Below, piece after piece: positions 1 to 6,590 of a stretch of 9,195 bases of DNA. The stretch is from IMG/VR virus record IMGVR_UViG_3300010279_000202, positions 1 through 9,195 of that record; one strand, 5' to 3'. A model generated the notes under the pieces. It saw only the letters and a list, made by a program, of their open reading frames with translations. It was not told the DNA's origin and did not search any database. The translations under genes were made by a program, and so were the position numbers. Positions within the stretch are counted from its first letter, which is position 1. Each line of letters opens with the position of its first letter. The stretch comes from a virus (lineage: Duplodnaviria > Heunggongvirae > Uroviricota > Caudoviricetes).

Positions 1-706
1 CCACAGGGCATACTTTTGCACGCATCGGCGCGGCGCGTTCTTCCATCATCTGAACATATGCTGTAGCGCGATCGTCATACGGGCGAATATCCGCCTCTTT
101 CAGAGGTCCGCTATCCTGCGTTGCGGCTTTCATCTTATTTATTGATATACGGCAAACTTCTTCCGGCATCAGGTGCATCATGTTGCGCATGAAAGCCCAC
201 CAGCACAGTTCCTGAATACTTAAATCATGGCCATCTGAAAGCCCCATTTCCTGACGGGCGACATCCAGTATCCAGTTAACGCGATTATTATGCAGCGTTT
301 CTTTCAGCTCATTAAAACCACGCATCCGGTAATGGTTATCGTGATGCCAGCACAACAACACCGCGCTATTGTCTCGTTCAGCGTGGACAATATGGTTGTC
401 ACACCAACTACGATCTGCGGCCTGGCATTGACCCTCTTTCCTACGCAACCACGCCACCAGCGCGTCAATTCCACCAATACGGCGAAACAGTTCATCGCTG
501 TTAAAAAACGGCTGCAACGCCTCATTTGTTGCCATAGTCTGCTCGGAAACAACGAGGCCGTCGTCCATGTGCTCGATTAACTCACGCGGCACCGGCTCCA
601 TAATAAATTTACGGCCAGCCTCCACCAGCTTTCTGACTTCCTGATCCACTTTGAATGTGGCGACGCCAAGCTCTTTTTGTACAAAGGGAGTAATTACGGC
701 TTTCAC
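1..706 (-). CDS. Post-doc gene, Cys/His-rich hypothetical protein (possibly P1 pdcB-like); N-terminal 235 codons, C-terminus beyond window
   Basis: Hand translation of the third minus frame is open from 706 to the window edge ([34 protein letters not shown]...[39 protein letters not shown]...). Probable GTG start at 706 with AAAGGTG SD upstream; in-frame TAA at 734-736. Absent from the ORF track, probably because it has no stop in the window. Position after doc and the small ORF fits my recollection of P1 order doc-pdcA-pdcB; identity not verified. Confidence 0.6.
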   Translation of the reverse strand, partial: MKAVITPFVQKELGVATFKVDQEVRKLVEAGRKFIMEPVPRELIEHMDDGLVVSEQTMATNEALQPFFNSDELFRRIGGIDALVAWLRRKEGQCQAADRSWCDNHIVHAERDNSAVLLCWHHDNHYRMRGFNELKETLHNNRVNWILDVARQEMGLSDGHDLSIQELCWWAFMRNMMHLMPEEVCRISINKMKAATQDSGPLKEADIRPYDDRATAYVQMMEERAAPMRAKVCPV

Positions 707-733
707 ATCACACCTTTCATCACTGATTGGGCT

Positions 734-913
734 TTATCTGCTGCCCGGCATTCTCTGTTTAAGCACAACCATTTCCTGACGGCATAACACAGCAATAGCG
801 GTCCTGGCACCAATTTGCTTACCAACCAGGTATTGCTTTACCTCGCGGCGACTCACGCCATCAAGAAGCATCTTTAACGCTTCACGGGACAATTTGTTGT
901 ATTTACGTGCCAT
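734..913 (-). CDS. Small post-doc protein, 59 aa (possibly pdcA-like)
   Basis: Track ORF 734..934; ATG at 913 (MARKYNKLSREALK...) lies 5 nt after the doc stop (TAG 918-920), whereas the 934 start would overlap doc by 17 nt. No strong SD for either start. Confidence 0.45.
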   Translation of the reverse strand: MARKYNKLSREALKMLLDGVSRREVKQYLVGKQIGARTAIAVLCRQEMVVLKQRMPGSR

Positions 914-917
914 TAAT

Positions 918-1298
918 CTACTCTGCGGAACCATACAATCTACGTAACGTGTCGGCGACAGAAGATACAGATATCTCTCCGGTCGCAGCCCCTACGGTAA
1001 GGTCTGCCAGTTCAGGTGAATCAAATACCTGCACCCCGTTACGGCGTAGAAATAACAGCGCACTGTTTAGCGCGGTACGCTTATTGGCATCATTGAATAT
1101 ATGCCCTCTCGCTGTAGCCACCAGGTAGGTGGCGGAGACTTCGAAAAGGTCGGTGATCTCTTCGTAGGCAACTCTGGCCTGAACTCTCCCGATAATGGCC
1201 TCTGCCCTACCCGGATCAGACATTCCCGGCAGGCCGCCGTAGCGGCTTATATTCGCATCATGAAGCGCAATAAGTTCTTCCGGTGATATATGCCTCAT
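918..1298 (-). CDS. doc: Doc toxin (death on curing; Fic-fold kinase)
   Basis: 126-aa [25 protein letters not shown]... containing the Fic-type motif HIFNDANKR; matches P1 Doc as I recall it, including its 126-aa length. Start ATG overlaps the phd stop by 1 nt (TAATG at 1296-1300). Confidence 0.93.
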
Positions 1299-1519
1299 TA
1301 TCGGTTAACCAGTTCCTTGTTGGTGGAGTCCAGGGTGTCAAACAGGGATGCAAATTCAGCATCCAGCGCCGCTTTTTTGTAGGCTTCGAAAGTAGCCTTG
1401 CTGACAATTACTGCTGGCTCACGGCCTCTGCGGGTGATTTCAACCTCTTCCCCGGCTTCAACATTGTTGAGCACTTCAGAAAGGTTGCCACGCGCGGTAC
1501 GGAAGTTAATGGATTGCAT
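1298..1519 (-). CDS. phd: Phd antitoxin (prevents host death)
   Basis: 73-aa product [73 protein letters not shown], matching recalled P1 Phd. ATG at 1519 preceded by AGGTG SD; the track's GTG at 1525 adds two residues and is less likely. Confidence 0.93.
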
Positions 1520-1525
1520 AAACAC

Positions 1526-1556
1526 CTCGTGTACTCGTTATGTGTACACAATTATA
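1526..1556 (-). promoter_or_regulatory. phd-doc promoter/operator: two GTGTAC-core palindromic sites next to a TATAAT -10
   Basis: Between the phd SD and a perfect minus-strand TATAAT (plus coords 1551-1556) lie TGTGTACACA (1541-1550) and a second GTGTAC core (1530-1535). This matches the known arrangement in which Phd/Doc autorepress via palindromic operators; the -35 is not obvious. Confidence 0.55.
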
Positions 1557-1591
1557 AACTTCACAGGCATAAAGCACCAGCACTTTGCAGC

Positions 1592-1981
1592 TTAAATAAC
1601 CGGACAATCATCAAATTCCCCACTTCGGGCATCATTGATGACATGAGTGATCACACCAAAAACAGCATTACTGCCCGTGTATCCATCGTCATCTACTGGT
1701 AACGCCTCTTTCTTCCCGGTGCTTAAATCCTCCAGGTGCTGGCGCGGATACTTCCTGTATCTCTTTATGCGATATTCACCCTCCATAGCGCACACAAGCA
1801 GAGAACCATCAACCGGAGTAAGCGAGGAATCAACCACCAGCAAAGCACCCTGCAATATTCCCTCACGGTGATGGCTATCAGCTGCCCGCATGAAGTAGGT
1901 TGCTGATGGATGCCTGATTAGTTGCTGATCAAGAGAAATTCGGCTTTCAACATAATCCGCCGCAGGAGAAGGGAAGCCCAT
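1592..1981 (-). CDS. humD: HumD, UmuD'-like translesion-synthesis accessory protein (S24 LexA-type fold)
   Basis: 129-aa ORF starting MGFPSPAADYVE..., resembling the N-terminus of processed UmuD'. GAGGTG SD about 9 nt upstream of the ATG at 1981; LexA box 22 nt further upstream; lies directly upstream of phd-doc as in P1. Confidence 0.85.
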   Translation of the reverse strand: MGFPSPAADYVESRISLDQQLIRHPSATYFMRAADSHHREGILQGALLVVDSSLTPVDGSLLVCAMEGEYRIKRYRKYPRQHLEDLSTGKKEALPVDDDGYTGSNAVFGVITHVINDARSGEFDDCPVI

Positions 1982-2000
1982 AGCGTTTTCACCTCAATAA

Positions 2001-2020
2001 TACTGTTCATTTATACAGTA
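2001..2020. promoter_or_regulatory. LexA (SOS) box
   Basis: TACTGTTCATTTATACAGTA matches the consensus TACTGTATATATATACAGTA at 17/20 with both CTGT and ACAG arms intact (CTGT 2003-2006, ACAG 2015-2018). Sits in the divergent region between humD (start 1981) and the plus-strand operon (start 2156). Confidence 0.75.
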
Positions 2021-2155
2021 TACATTAAAGAGGCACCTTTGGTGCAAACGCGTTACGTACATCAACCACCGCTGATGATTTTGTGCTCTTTGCTACTATT
2101 CATCACCAACGGATCAGCGTAACCTCGTTGCCAATCAGTTAATAAGGAATTAGCT

Positions 2156-2740
2156 ATGCCTAATCGCATTCCTCTCGATCCTGTATTGCCCAAAAATTTT
2201 GACTGCACTCCTAACGAGAAACGCTCTAAAGCTCAGCTGGACGCCTGGTGGGACCATCCATATGGGGTTACACAACCTGACGGGAAAATTGTAGTTTATT
2301 GTCTGAATGGTGGGGCGTGGGACCGTCCATCCGTGCTTTGTTTGGCAGATAACTATGATGAAGCCTGTGAACTTGCCGAAAGACAGCAGGCAAGCTGGGT
2401 AAAAACACGGTCTGAACCGACATTCATGTTTTCAAAAGAACCGCCATTTATACTGGCGAGGATGCCGCAGCGACCGGATCATCAACAAGAAATTGTTGCT
2501 GAATTTTCCTCAAGGGATGAGATAAATCTCTTCTCATTAAAGCAGGAAGAAAGGGATCGCGTCGAAGTGTCTCCAACTCTCGACCACAACCGGATGAACC
2601 TGGCCCAGCTCGCCTGGTACAGCAAAGAATTAGAGATGTCTATTGCCCGGCTTGAAAACGAAAAAGCCGCTATCCAAGTCCAGCACGAAGTAGTTCTGAA
2701 CCGGATTAGAGAAATGCAAAACGATAACAGGGGATTTTGA
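2156..2740 (+). CDS. Hypothetical protein, 194 aa (N-terminal globular region plus C-terminal predicted coiled coil)
   Basis: Long ORF with AAGGAA SD 7-12 nt upstream of the ATG; stop TGA at 2738-2740 abuts the next ATG. No antisense ORF of at least 60 aa spans it. No catalytic motif recognised. Confidence 0.75.
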   Translation: MPNRIPLDPVLPKNFDCTPNEKRSKAQLDAWWDHPYGVTQPDGKIVVYCLNGGAWDRPSVLCLADNYDEACELAERQQASWVKTRSEPTFMFSKEPPFILARMPQRPDHQQEIVAEFSSRDEINLFSLKQEERDRVEVSPTLDHNRMNLAQLAWYSKELEMSIARLENEKAAIQVQHEVVLNRIREMQNDNRGF

Positions 2741-3097
2741 ATGGCTAAAATCGAGTACCATCGTGATCGCGGTAATTACCTGGAAATATACGATCATGAA
2801 TCTCTTAACGATATCAACGATGCGTTATATGAATACTGTGAAAAAACGAGCATCACAGATGCACCTGATGCATTTGTCGAGCTGCCGGTATATCTCCGCG
2901 ACATCTATGCAATACGAACACCGCCCGTATCGGTGATTCACATTGGCTATGTCCGCCTGTCCATCGAAGAAGATGAAGATCGTTATATCGTGCGCCACTA
3001 TACATTGGACAGAAAAGAACTTCCTAATGAATGGAACATGAGTAATTTCTACAACGGTGAATATGGCTTAAAATCCGCTAATAATTTACGGTCATAA
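2741..3097 (+). CDS. Hypothetical acidic protein, 118 aa
   Basis: ATG directly follows the upstream TGA (TGAATG), with AGGGGA SD inside the end of the upstream gene, indicating translational coupling. Product has net negative charge (about 23 D/E versus 13 K/R). No recognisable motif. Confidence 0.75.
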   Translation: MAKIEYHRDRGNYLEIYDHESLNDINDALYEYCEKTSITDAPDAFVELPVYLRDIYAIRTPPVSVIHIGYVRLSIEEDEDRYIVRHYTLDRKELPNEWNMSNFYNGEYGLKSANNLRS

Positions 3098-3186
3098 TCT
3101 ATACAGGCATGTATAACAACAACGAGCCTATTAGCTGTCAACAACGTTATTTCCTCAAATAAGAAAAAGCAGAAAACAAATTGTTT

Positions 3187-3207
3187 AAGGTCACAAATTG
3201 TGGCCTT
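3187..3207. other. Hairpin: 9-bp stem (one U-G wobble) with 3-nt loop, flanked by the palindrome AAACAAATTGTTT
   Basis: AAGGTCACA-AAT-TGTGGCCTT. On the minus strand the stem is followed by AAACAATTTGTTTTCTGCTTTTTC, so it could terminate leftward transcripts, but the T-run is not immediately adjacent. Confidence 0.3.
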
Positions 3208-3856
3208 GATGGAGGAGGGAGGCTTATTGGCTATGGCTAAAAATCAAATTAGACACTTCATGTTGCTGTAGCTCATCAAGATCCGAGGCCACAAAACCTT
3301 TTCCGAAAAACTTCACAAGTAACTCACTAGCCGCATCATTGTCACCTATTACACGAAAGTCATACGGCAACGTCGCAAGTTGACGATGTAATCCTGCTGA
3401 GAAAGTCGAATCTAACAGCGCCCAGAATTCCCACCGCAGGATAATACTCGCCTCTTAATACTGTATATATGTTGTTACGATATGTTTTTCTGTCTCTAAA
3501 AAAAGATGTTAATAGAATGCTAACCATTGAAGTGGATAAAAATATACAATTCCAACAAACGTTATTTTTAACAATTTTTTTCTTTGCGTTGACTTTCCCG
3601 GACACCTTGTCTGACCGAAGGTGCGCGAAAGCCACTTTTTCCTTCCTGAGTTATCCACAAAGTTATGCACTTGCAAGAGGGCCATTTTCTACATATTGTG
3701 GTGGCTAACAGATGAAATGAATGTAGATTAATTGAAGATAAGGAGAAAATTTGAGATGCAATCATGACGTTAATAGATAGGGTCTGCATTACAGACCCCA
3801 CCCGCATCAAGGAATTAGCCGTTCCCTGATGTTTTTCCGAAAACATGTGCCGTAAG

Positions 3857-3923
3857 CTCACGTTAACGACTTTCATTCACCGAATCCAACTATATAGGGG
3901 TTGGGTTTCTACGTCAACGTGAG
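3857..3923. promoter_or_regulatory. Inverted-repeat pair: 13-bp arms (12/13 match) separated by about 41 bp; candidate operator
   Basis: Left arm CTCACGTTAACGA (3857-3869); reverse complement of right arm (3911-3923) is CTCACGTTGACGT. The arms flank an AT-rich spacer with TATATA (3891-3896) and lie about 40 bp upstream of the small ORF at 3960. Confidence 0.35.
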
Positions 3924-3959
3924 CAAGTGCACCTTTACATTTGACAAGGAACCACCTGA

Positions 3960-4097
3960 ATGAACGCTTTTTTTCAGTTCCTGAGTGCATTTTTAGATGC
4001 GCCTATTATTAGCCAGATTCTGGCTATTATCCTCATCATCGTTTTGATTTTGCTTTTAAGGTCAGTAAAAAATGGAATTATGCACTGGCTTACTTAA
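3960..4097 (+). CDS. Small hydrophobic (single-TM-like) protein, 45 aa
   Basis: ATG at 3960 with AAGGAA SD 9-14 nt upstream; product MNAFFQFLSAFLDAPIISQILAIILIIVLILLLRSVKNGIMHWLT has an uninterrupted hydrophobic core and basic tail. Stop is embedded in the palindrome ATGTTTCAGTGAAACAT. Below the track's size cutoff. Confidence 0.35.
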   Translation: MNAFFQFLSAFLDAPIISQILAIILIIVLILLLRSVKNGIMHWLT

Positions 4098-4172
4098 TGT
4101 TTCAGTGAAACATTAAAATCTCCTTGATGTGGAAACAATCATTTTCTGTATGTGCTGGTGGGCACCTGTAGT

Positions 4173-4535
4173 TCAGCTTTCGTTGGCATTTAACTTCGTC
4201 TTTGCTTTCTCCACCAGCAACTTCCAGATGCCTATTTCATTAGCAGCCGCCTTGATGGCGGCATAAAAAGCATCTTGCTGATCGTAACGCTGGATCTGTT
4301 TTTTCAGTTTTGCCTCCACCAATTTAATTTCATTACGTGCTTTCTGAAGCCGCATCACCGCCCGGTTACGTCTGTTCTTGTATAGCGTGTTAATCTCTGA
4401 CAATTGCTTTAATTTACCAGCCTGACTGTGGATTATCGCCTCCCTGGCTTCTGCCGTGCGTCTCATCTGATCTCTTAAGAGTTCACCGTTTTCGATAATT
4501 CTTTCAAGGTGTTTGATGTGATCTGCAACTCTCAT
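4173..4535 (-). CDS. Hypothetical coiled-coil protein, 120 aa
   Basis: ORF rich in heptad-like K/E/R/L/A/Q stretches; start ATG overlaps the upstream stop (ATGA at 4532-4535). Last gene of the minus-strand operon. Confidence 0.65.
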   Translation of the reverse strand: MRVADHIKHLERIIENGELLRDQMRRTAEAREAIIHSQAGKLKQLSEINTLYKNRRNRAVMRLQKARNEIKLVEAKLKKQIQRYDQQDAFYAAIKAAANEIGIWKLLVEKAKTKLNANES

Positions 4536-5161
4536 ACTTCACCCTCGCTTGTATCACCAGCGTCCACCAACGACAATAAAGCCCTGGCCATCTTATGAAC
4601 CAACAGTGCATCAATAATGCCAAGCGTATGCCCCGGCTTAATGTTTAATGCTGCCTCAAGATGACACCTTTCCAGACCGCTTTTCTCGGCTTGTTTATGA
4701 TGATATGGCGTAATAACGTCGCCCAAAACACGGCTAATTCTTTCTCGTAATTGCTGGGTGCCAGCACACTTGATCGCTGTATCGTGGAGACGGTTAACCA
4801 GTTCGCGATAAACATGCGGCTTAATGCGGATACGTTCACCGGTGACGCCCTTTCCTGGCGCTGGCACCGAACTATCCGGAATATCCGGATAGTTGCCAGC
4901 CTCGTAAGCTACCCGCAGCCAGTGCATGAATGTTTCAGTGGACACACAACCACAGTCCACATCGATTTTTCCGCGTTGCTGTTCCAGCCACTGCTCAAAA
5001 TTCAATCTACACGTATTACTTTCATGTTGCTCTTTTTGTCTCAAGGCCAGCATCTGCTGGGCTATTTCCAATACTTCATCTGCCGTATATCCAGCACCGT
5101 GACCATACATTTCGATACGGGAAATAATCTCTGATATACGCTCTTCAGTTATTCTGGTCAT
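4532..5161 (-). CDS. Hypothetical protein, about 209 aa
   Basis: Track ORF 4532..5176; I prefer the ATG at 5161 (MTRITEERISE...) because it forms an ATGA overlap with the upstream stop (5158-5160), the pattern used throughout this operon. The ATG at 5176 remains possible. Confidence 0.65.
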   Translation of the reverse strand: MTRITEERISEIISRIEMYGHGAGYTADEVLEIAQQMLALRQKEQHESNTCRLNFEQWLEQQRGKIDVDCGCVSTETFMHWLRVAYEAGNYPDIPDSSVPAPGKGVTGERIRIKPHVYRELVNRLHDTAIKCAGTQQLRERISRVLGDVITPYHHKQAEKSGLERCHLEAALNIKPGHTLGIIDALLVHKMARALLSLVDAGDTSEGEV

Positions 5162-5532
5162 TTCTTTTTGCGCCATTTCTTTTCACATTCCTTAGTCCAT
5201 TTTTCAATGTTCATTTTGGCAATATCAGTCATTCCATCACCTAAGAAATACTTTCTCCGGTACGTCTTGCACTTAAACCACACTACAACAGCCACCAGCC
5301 AGAAAATAAAAGGCCATACAGCAATACCAACTCCAGCCGCGATAAAGCCCAATAGCCATAAATGAAGCTCTCCAACTTCTGTTTGCGGCAATATTCTTAA
5401 AGAATTAAGCAGCAGACTGAAGGAATGGTCGTATGCATTGGCGGTATAAGACATGCAATCCATATAATTAAAGTCATAGCCTGCGGCTGCCGCCCATAAT
5501 GGGCGGTCAAGAAAATGTTTTAGTGTCATCAT
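5158..5532 (-). CDS. Small membrane protein, 124 aa, two predicted TM helices plus lysine-rich C-tail; superinfection-exclusion-like by architecture
   Basis: Hydrophobic stretches LHLWLLGFIAAGVGIAVWPFIFWLVAVVVWF followed by the charged tail KWTKECEKKWRKKK. Functional guess rests on architecture only. Confidence 0.6.
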   Translation of the reverse strand: MMTLKHFLDRPLWAAAAGYDFNYMDCMSYTANAYDHSFSLLLNSLRILPQTEVGELHLWLLGFIAAGVGIAVWPFIFWLVAVVVWFKCKTYRRKYFLGDGMTDIAKMNIEKWTKECEKKWRKKK

Positions 5533-5538
5533 ATAAAT

Positions 5539-5832
5539 TTAAGGTTCAGACCAGTTATCTTCAATAGCAATGCTTAATCTTTGTAGCCATTCTGCTAATT
5601 TCAGCATTGCTTCTCTTTCGCTTAAACCACGAGGAAAATCATCAAGCGAAATTGTTGGCTTGAAGCCCCCGTAATTATCCATTTCAACAGTCAGATTTTG
5701 CTCCAGCACGGTATTCCTTACGCGGCTGTTGTGTCGAAGCAAATATACTGAACGTGATTTATTGGTTTTATGGTCAAACTGATATTCGGTAAGTATCATC
5801 TGGCTTTTGCCATGACTATTACCTCTCCACAT
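5539..5832 (-). CDS. Hypothetical protein, 97 aa
   Basis: Track ORF 5539..5919; preferred start is the ATG at 5832 (MWRGNSHGKSQ...) preceded by TGAGGT SD. The longer N-terminal extension is hydrophobic, out-of-pattern, and overlaps the small ORF at 5840-5962. Confidence 0.55.
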   Translation of the reverse strand: MWRGNSHGKSQMILTEYQFDHKTNKSRSVYLLRHNSRVRNTVLEQNLTVEMDNYGGFKPTISLDDFPRGLSEREAMLKLAEWLQRLSIAIEDNWSEP

Positions 5833-5839
5833 ACTTACC

Positions 5840-5962
5840 TCACTTAATAAAACAACTCCATACGTAGTTGATGATTTTTTCCCACGTAATATAAATATGC
5901 ACTCCAGCAGAAAAACCAAAACCTACAATTACTGAAAAAATCAAAACATTTACTTTTGACAT
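5840..5962 (-). CDS. Possible small membrane peptide, 40 aa
   Basis: ATG at 5962; product MSKVNVLIFSVIVGFGFSAGVHIYITWEKIINYVWSCFIK. Its TGA stop lies inside the SD of the next gene. It fills an otherwise unexplained 180-bp gap in a tightly packed operon, but its own SD is weak. Confidence 0.3.
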   Translation of the reverse strand: MSKVNVLIFSVIVGFGFSAGVHIYITWEKIINYVWSCFIK

Positions 5963-6010
5963 TATAAATTTTCTCTCGGTGTCGTAGGTGATAGCACCAT
6001 AATTGATAAT

Positions 6011-6244
6011 TTAGTGAGTTAGCAGTTCCATTTTTTGGATGATTTCCGCATGAGCATCATCGTTATCAACACTTAACTCGTTTAATGCCTCTCGCACCAC
6101 ATCAACTTCTTCTGGTTGGAAGAAATCATCTCGGTAGTCACCAAATAGAACCGAAACAAGCCTGCCACCAGCAACATCAAGATTGGCGCTAACAGGTGGC
6201 TCTTTACCATCCTCAAATTCGACTACAAAAGTTATTTTTCCCAT
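6011..6244 (-). CDS. Hypothetical acidic protein, 77 aa
   Basis: Track ORF 6011..6262; preferred ATG at 6244 (MGKITFVVEFEDGK...) preceded by GGTGG SD. Confidence 0.6.
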   Translation of the reverse strand: MGKITFVVEFEDGKEPPVSANLDVAGGRLVSVLFGDYRDDFFQPEEVDVVREALNELSVDNDDAHAEIIQKMELLTH

Positions 6245-6246
6245 CG

Positions 6247-6330
6247 TTACCACCAACGACAAATTGAATACAAACCCAGTGCTGCCGCCATCACAATTCC
6301 TACCGTGGTGAATGCTTCAGGCCAGCTCAT
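6247..6330 (-). CDS. Possible hydrophobic micro-ORF, 27 aa
   Basis: ATG at 6330 overlaps the upstream stop (TAATG); product MSWPEAFTTVGIVMAAALGLYSICRWW; stop is 2 nt before the next start. Fits the coupling pattern but is very short. Confidence 0.25.
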   Translation of the reverse strand: MSWPEAFTTVGIVMAAALGLYSICRWW

Positions 6331-6590
6331 TATCTCACCTCCAGTCTCCATACCGCCTGACCAATCCGGCTGGCATGGGTATCTTTGGATACTGTTCCGT
6401 CTTTAGCCATCTCCATAAGAATTTTGCGCAAATCTGCCGAACGCCATTCTTCATCAGGAAATTCCTTCTCCATTGCCAACCGCAGATTCCAGGTTGCCAT
6501 CCTGAATGGATATTCCCCGCCGAGAGCTTTATCTTGCAGGGCAGCCCGGGAACGCATCACCTGCAAAACCTTCTCTTTTACATCCATCAT
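6330..6590 (-). CDS. Hypothetical protein, 86 aa
   Basis: Track ORF 6330..6662; preferred ATG at 6590 (MMDVKEKVLQ...) forms an ATGA overlap with the upstream stop and follows a strong AGGAGG SD. Confidence 0.65.
   Translation of the reverse strand: MMDVKEKVLQVMRSRAALQDKALGGEYPFRMATWNLRLAMEKEFPDEEWRSADLRKILMEMAKDGTVSKDTHASRIGQAVWRLEVR

Noticed and set aside
290-580. Plus-strand 96-aa ORF and minus-strand 82-aa ORF (304-552)
   Set aside because: Both lie entirely inside the long open minus frame of the post-doc gene (1-706) and are antisense or alternate-frame shadows.
599-613. Partial similarity (CCATAATAAATTT) to the P1 C1 repressor operator consensus ATTGCTCTAATAAATTT
   Set aside because: The left half does not match and it lies within coding sequence; probably chance.
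907-1702. Plus-strand ORFs 907-1128, 1101-1286, 1283-1702, 1398-1595 and 1647-1871
   Set aside because: Antisense to the confidently identified doc, phd and humD genes; no SD; frame shadows.
1922-2122. Plus-strand 66-aa ORF across the humD start and LexA box
   Set aside because: Overlaps the humD start and the divergent regulatory region, is hydrophobic and low-complexity, and has no SD.
3100-3115. Hairpin TATACA-GGCA-TGTATA just after the stop of the 118-aa ORF as an intrinsic terminator
   Set aside because: The 6-bp all-A/T stem is too weak and has no T-run; termination of the plus-strand operon remains unexplained.
3224-3457. Stop-free minus-strand frame (about 75 codons, ...LRWEFWALLDSTFSAGLHRQLATLPYDF...) with faint resemblance to the theta/Hot C-terminus
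   Set aside because: No ATG start, no SD, and the resemblance is a few residues only; possibly a decayed gene remnant but not supportable without alignment.
3461-3480. LexA-box-like sequence TACTGTATATATGTTGTTAC
   Set aside because: Only the left half-site (TACTGTATATAT) matches; the right arm lacks ACAG, so it is unlikely to bind LexA well.
3360-3876. ORFs 3360-3635 (-), 3469-3708 (+) and 3568-3876 (-) in the AT-rich island
   Set aside because: Low-complexity products, mutually overlapping, no credible SD or start context; typical chance ORFs in AT-rich DNA.
4645-5365. ORFs 4645-4839 (-), 4751-5134 (+), 4930-5127 (+) and 5168-5365 (+)
   Set aside because: Alternate-frame or antisense overlaps of the 209-aa and 124-aa minus-strand genes, which have better coupling and context.
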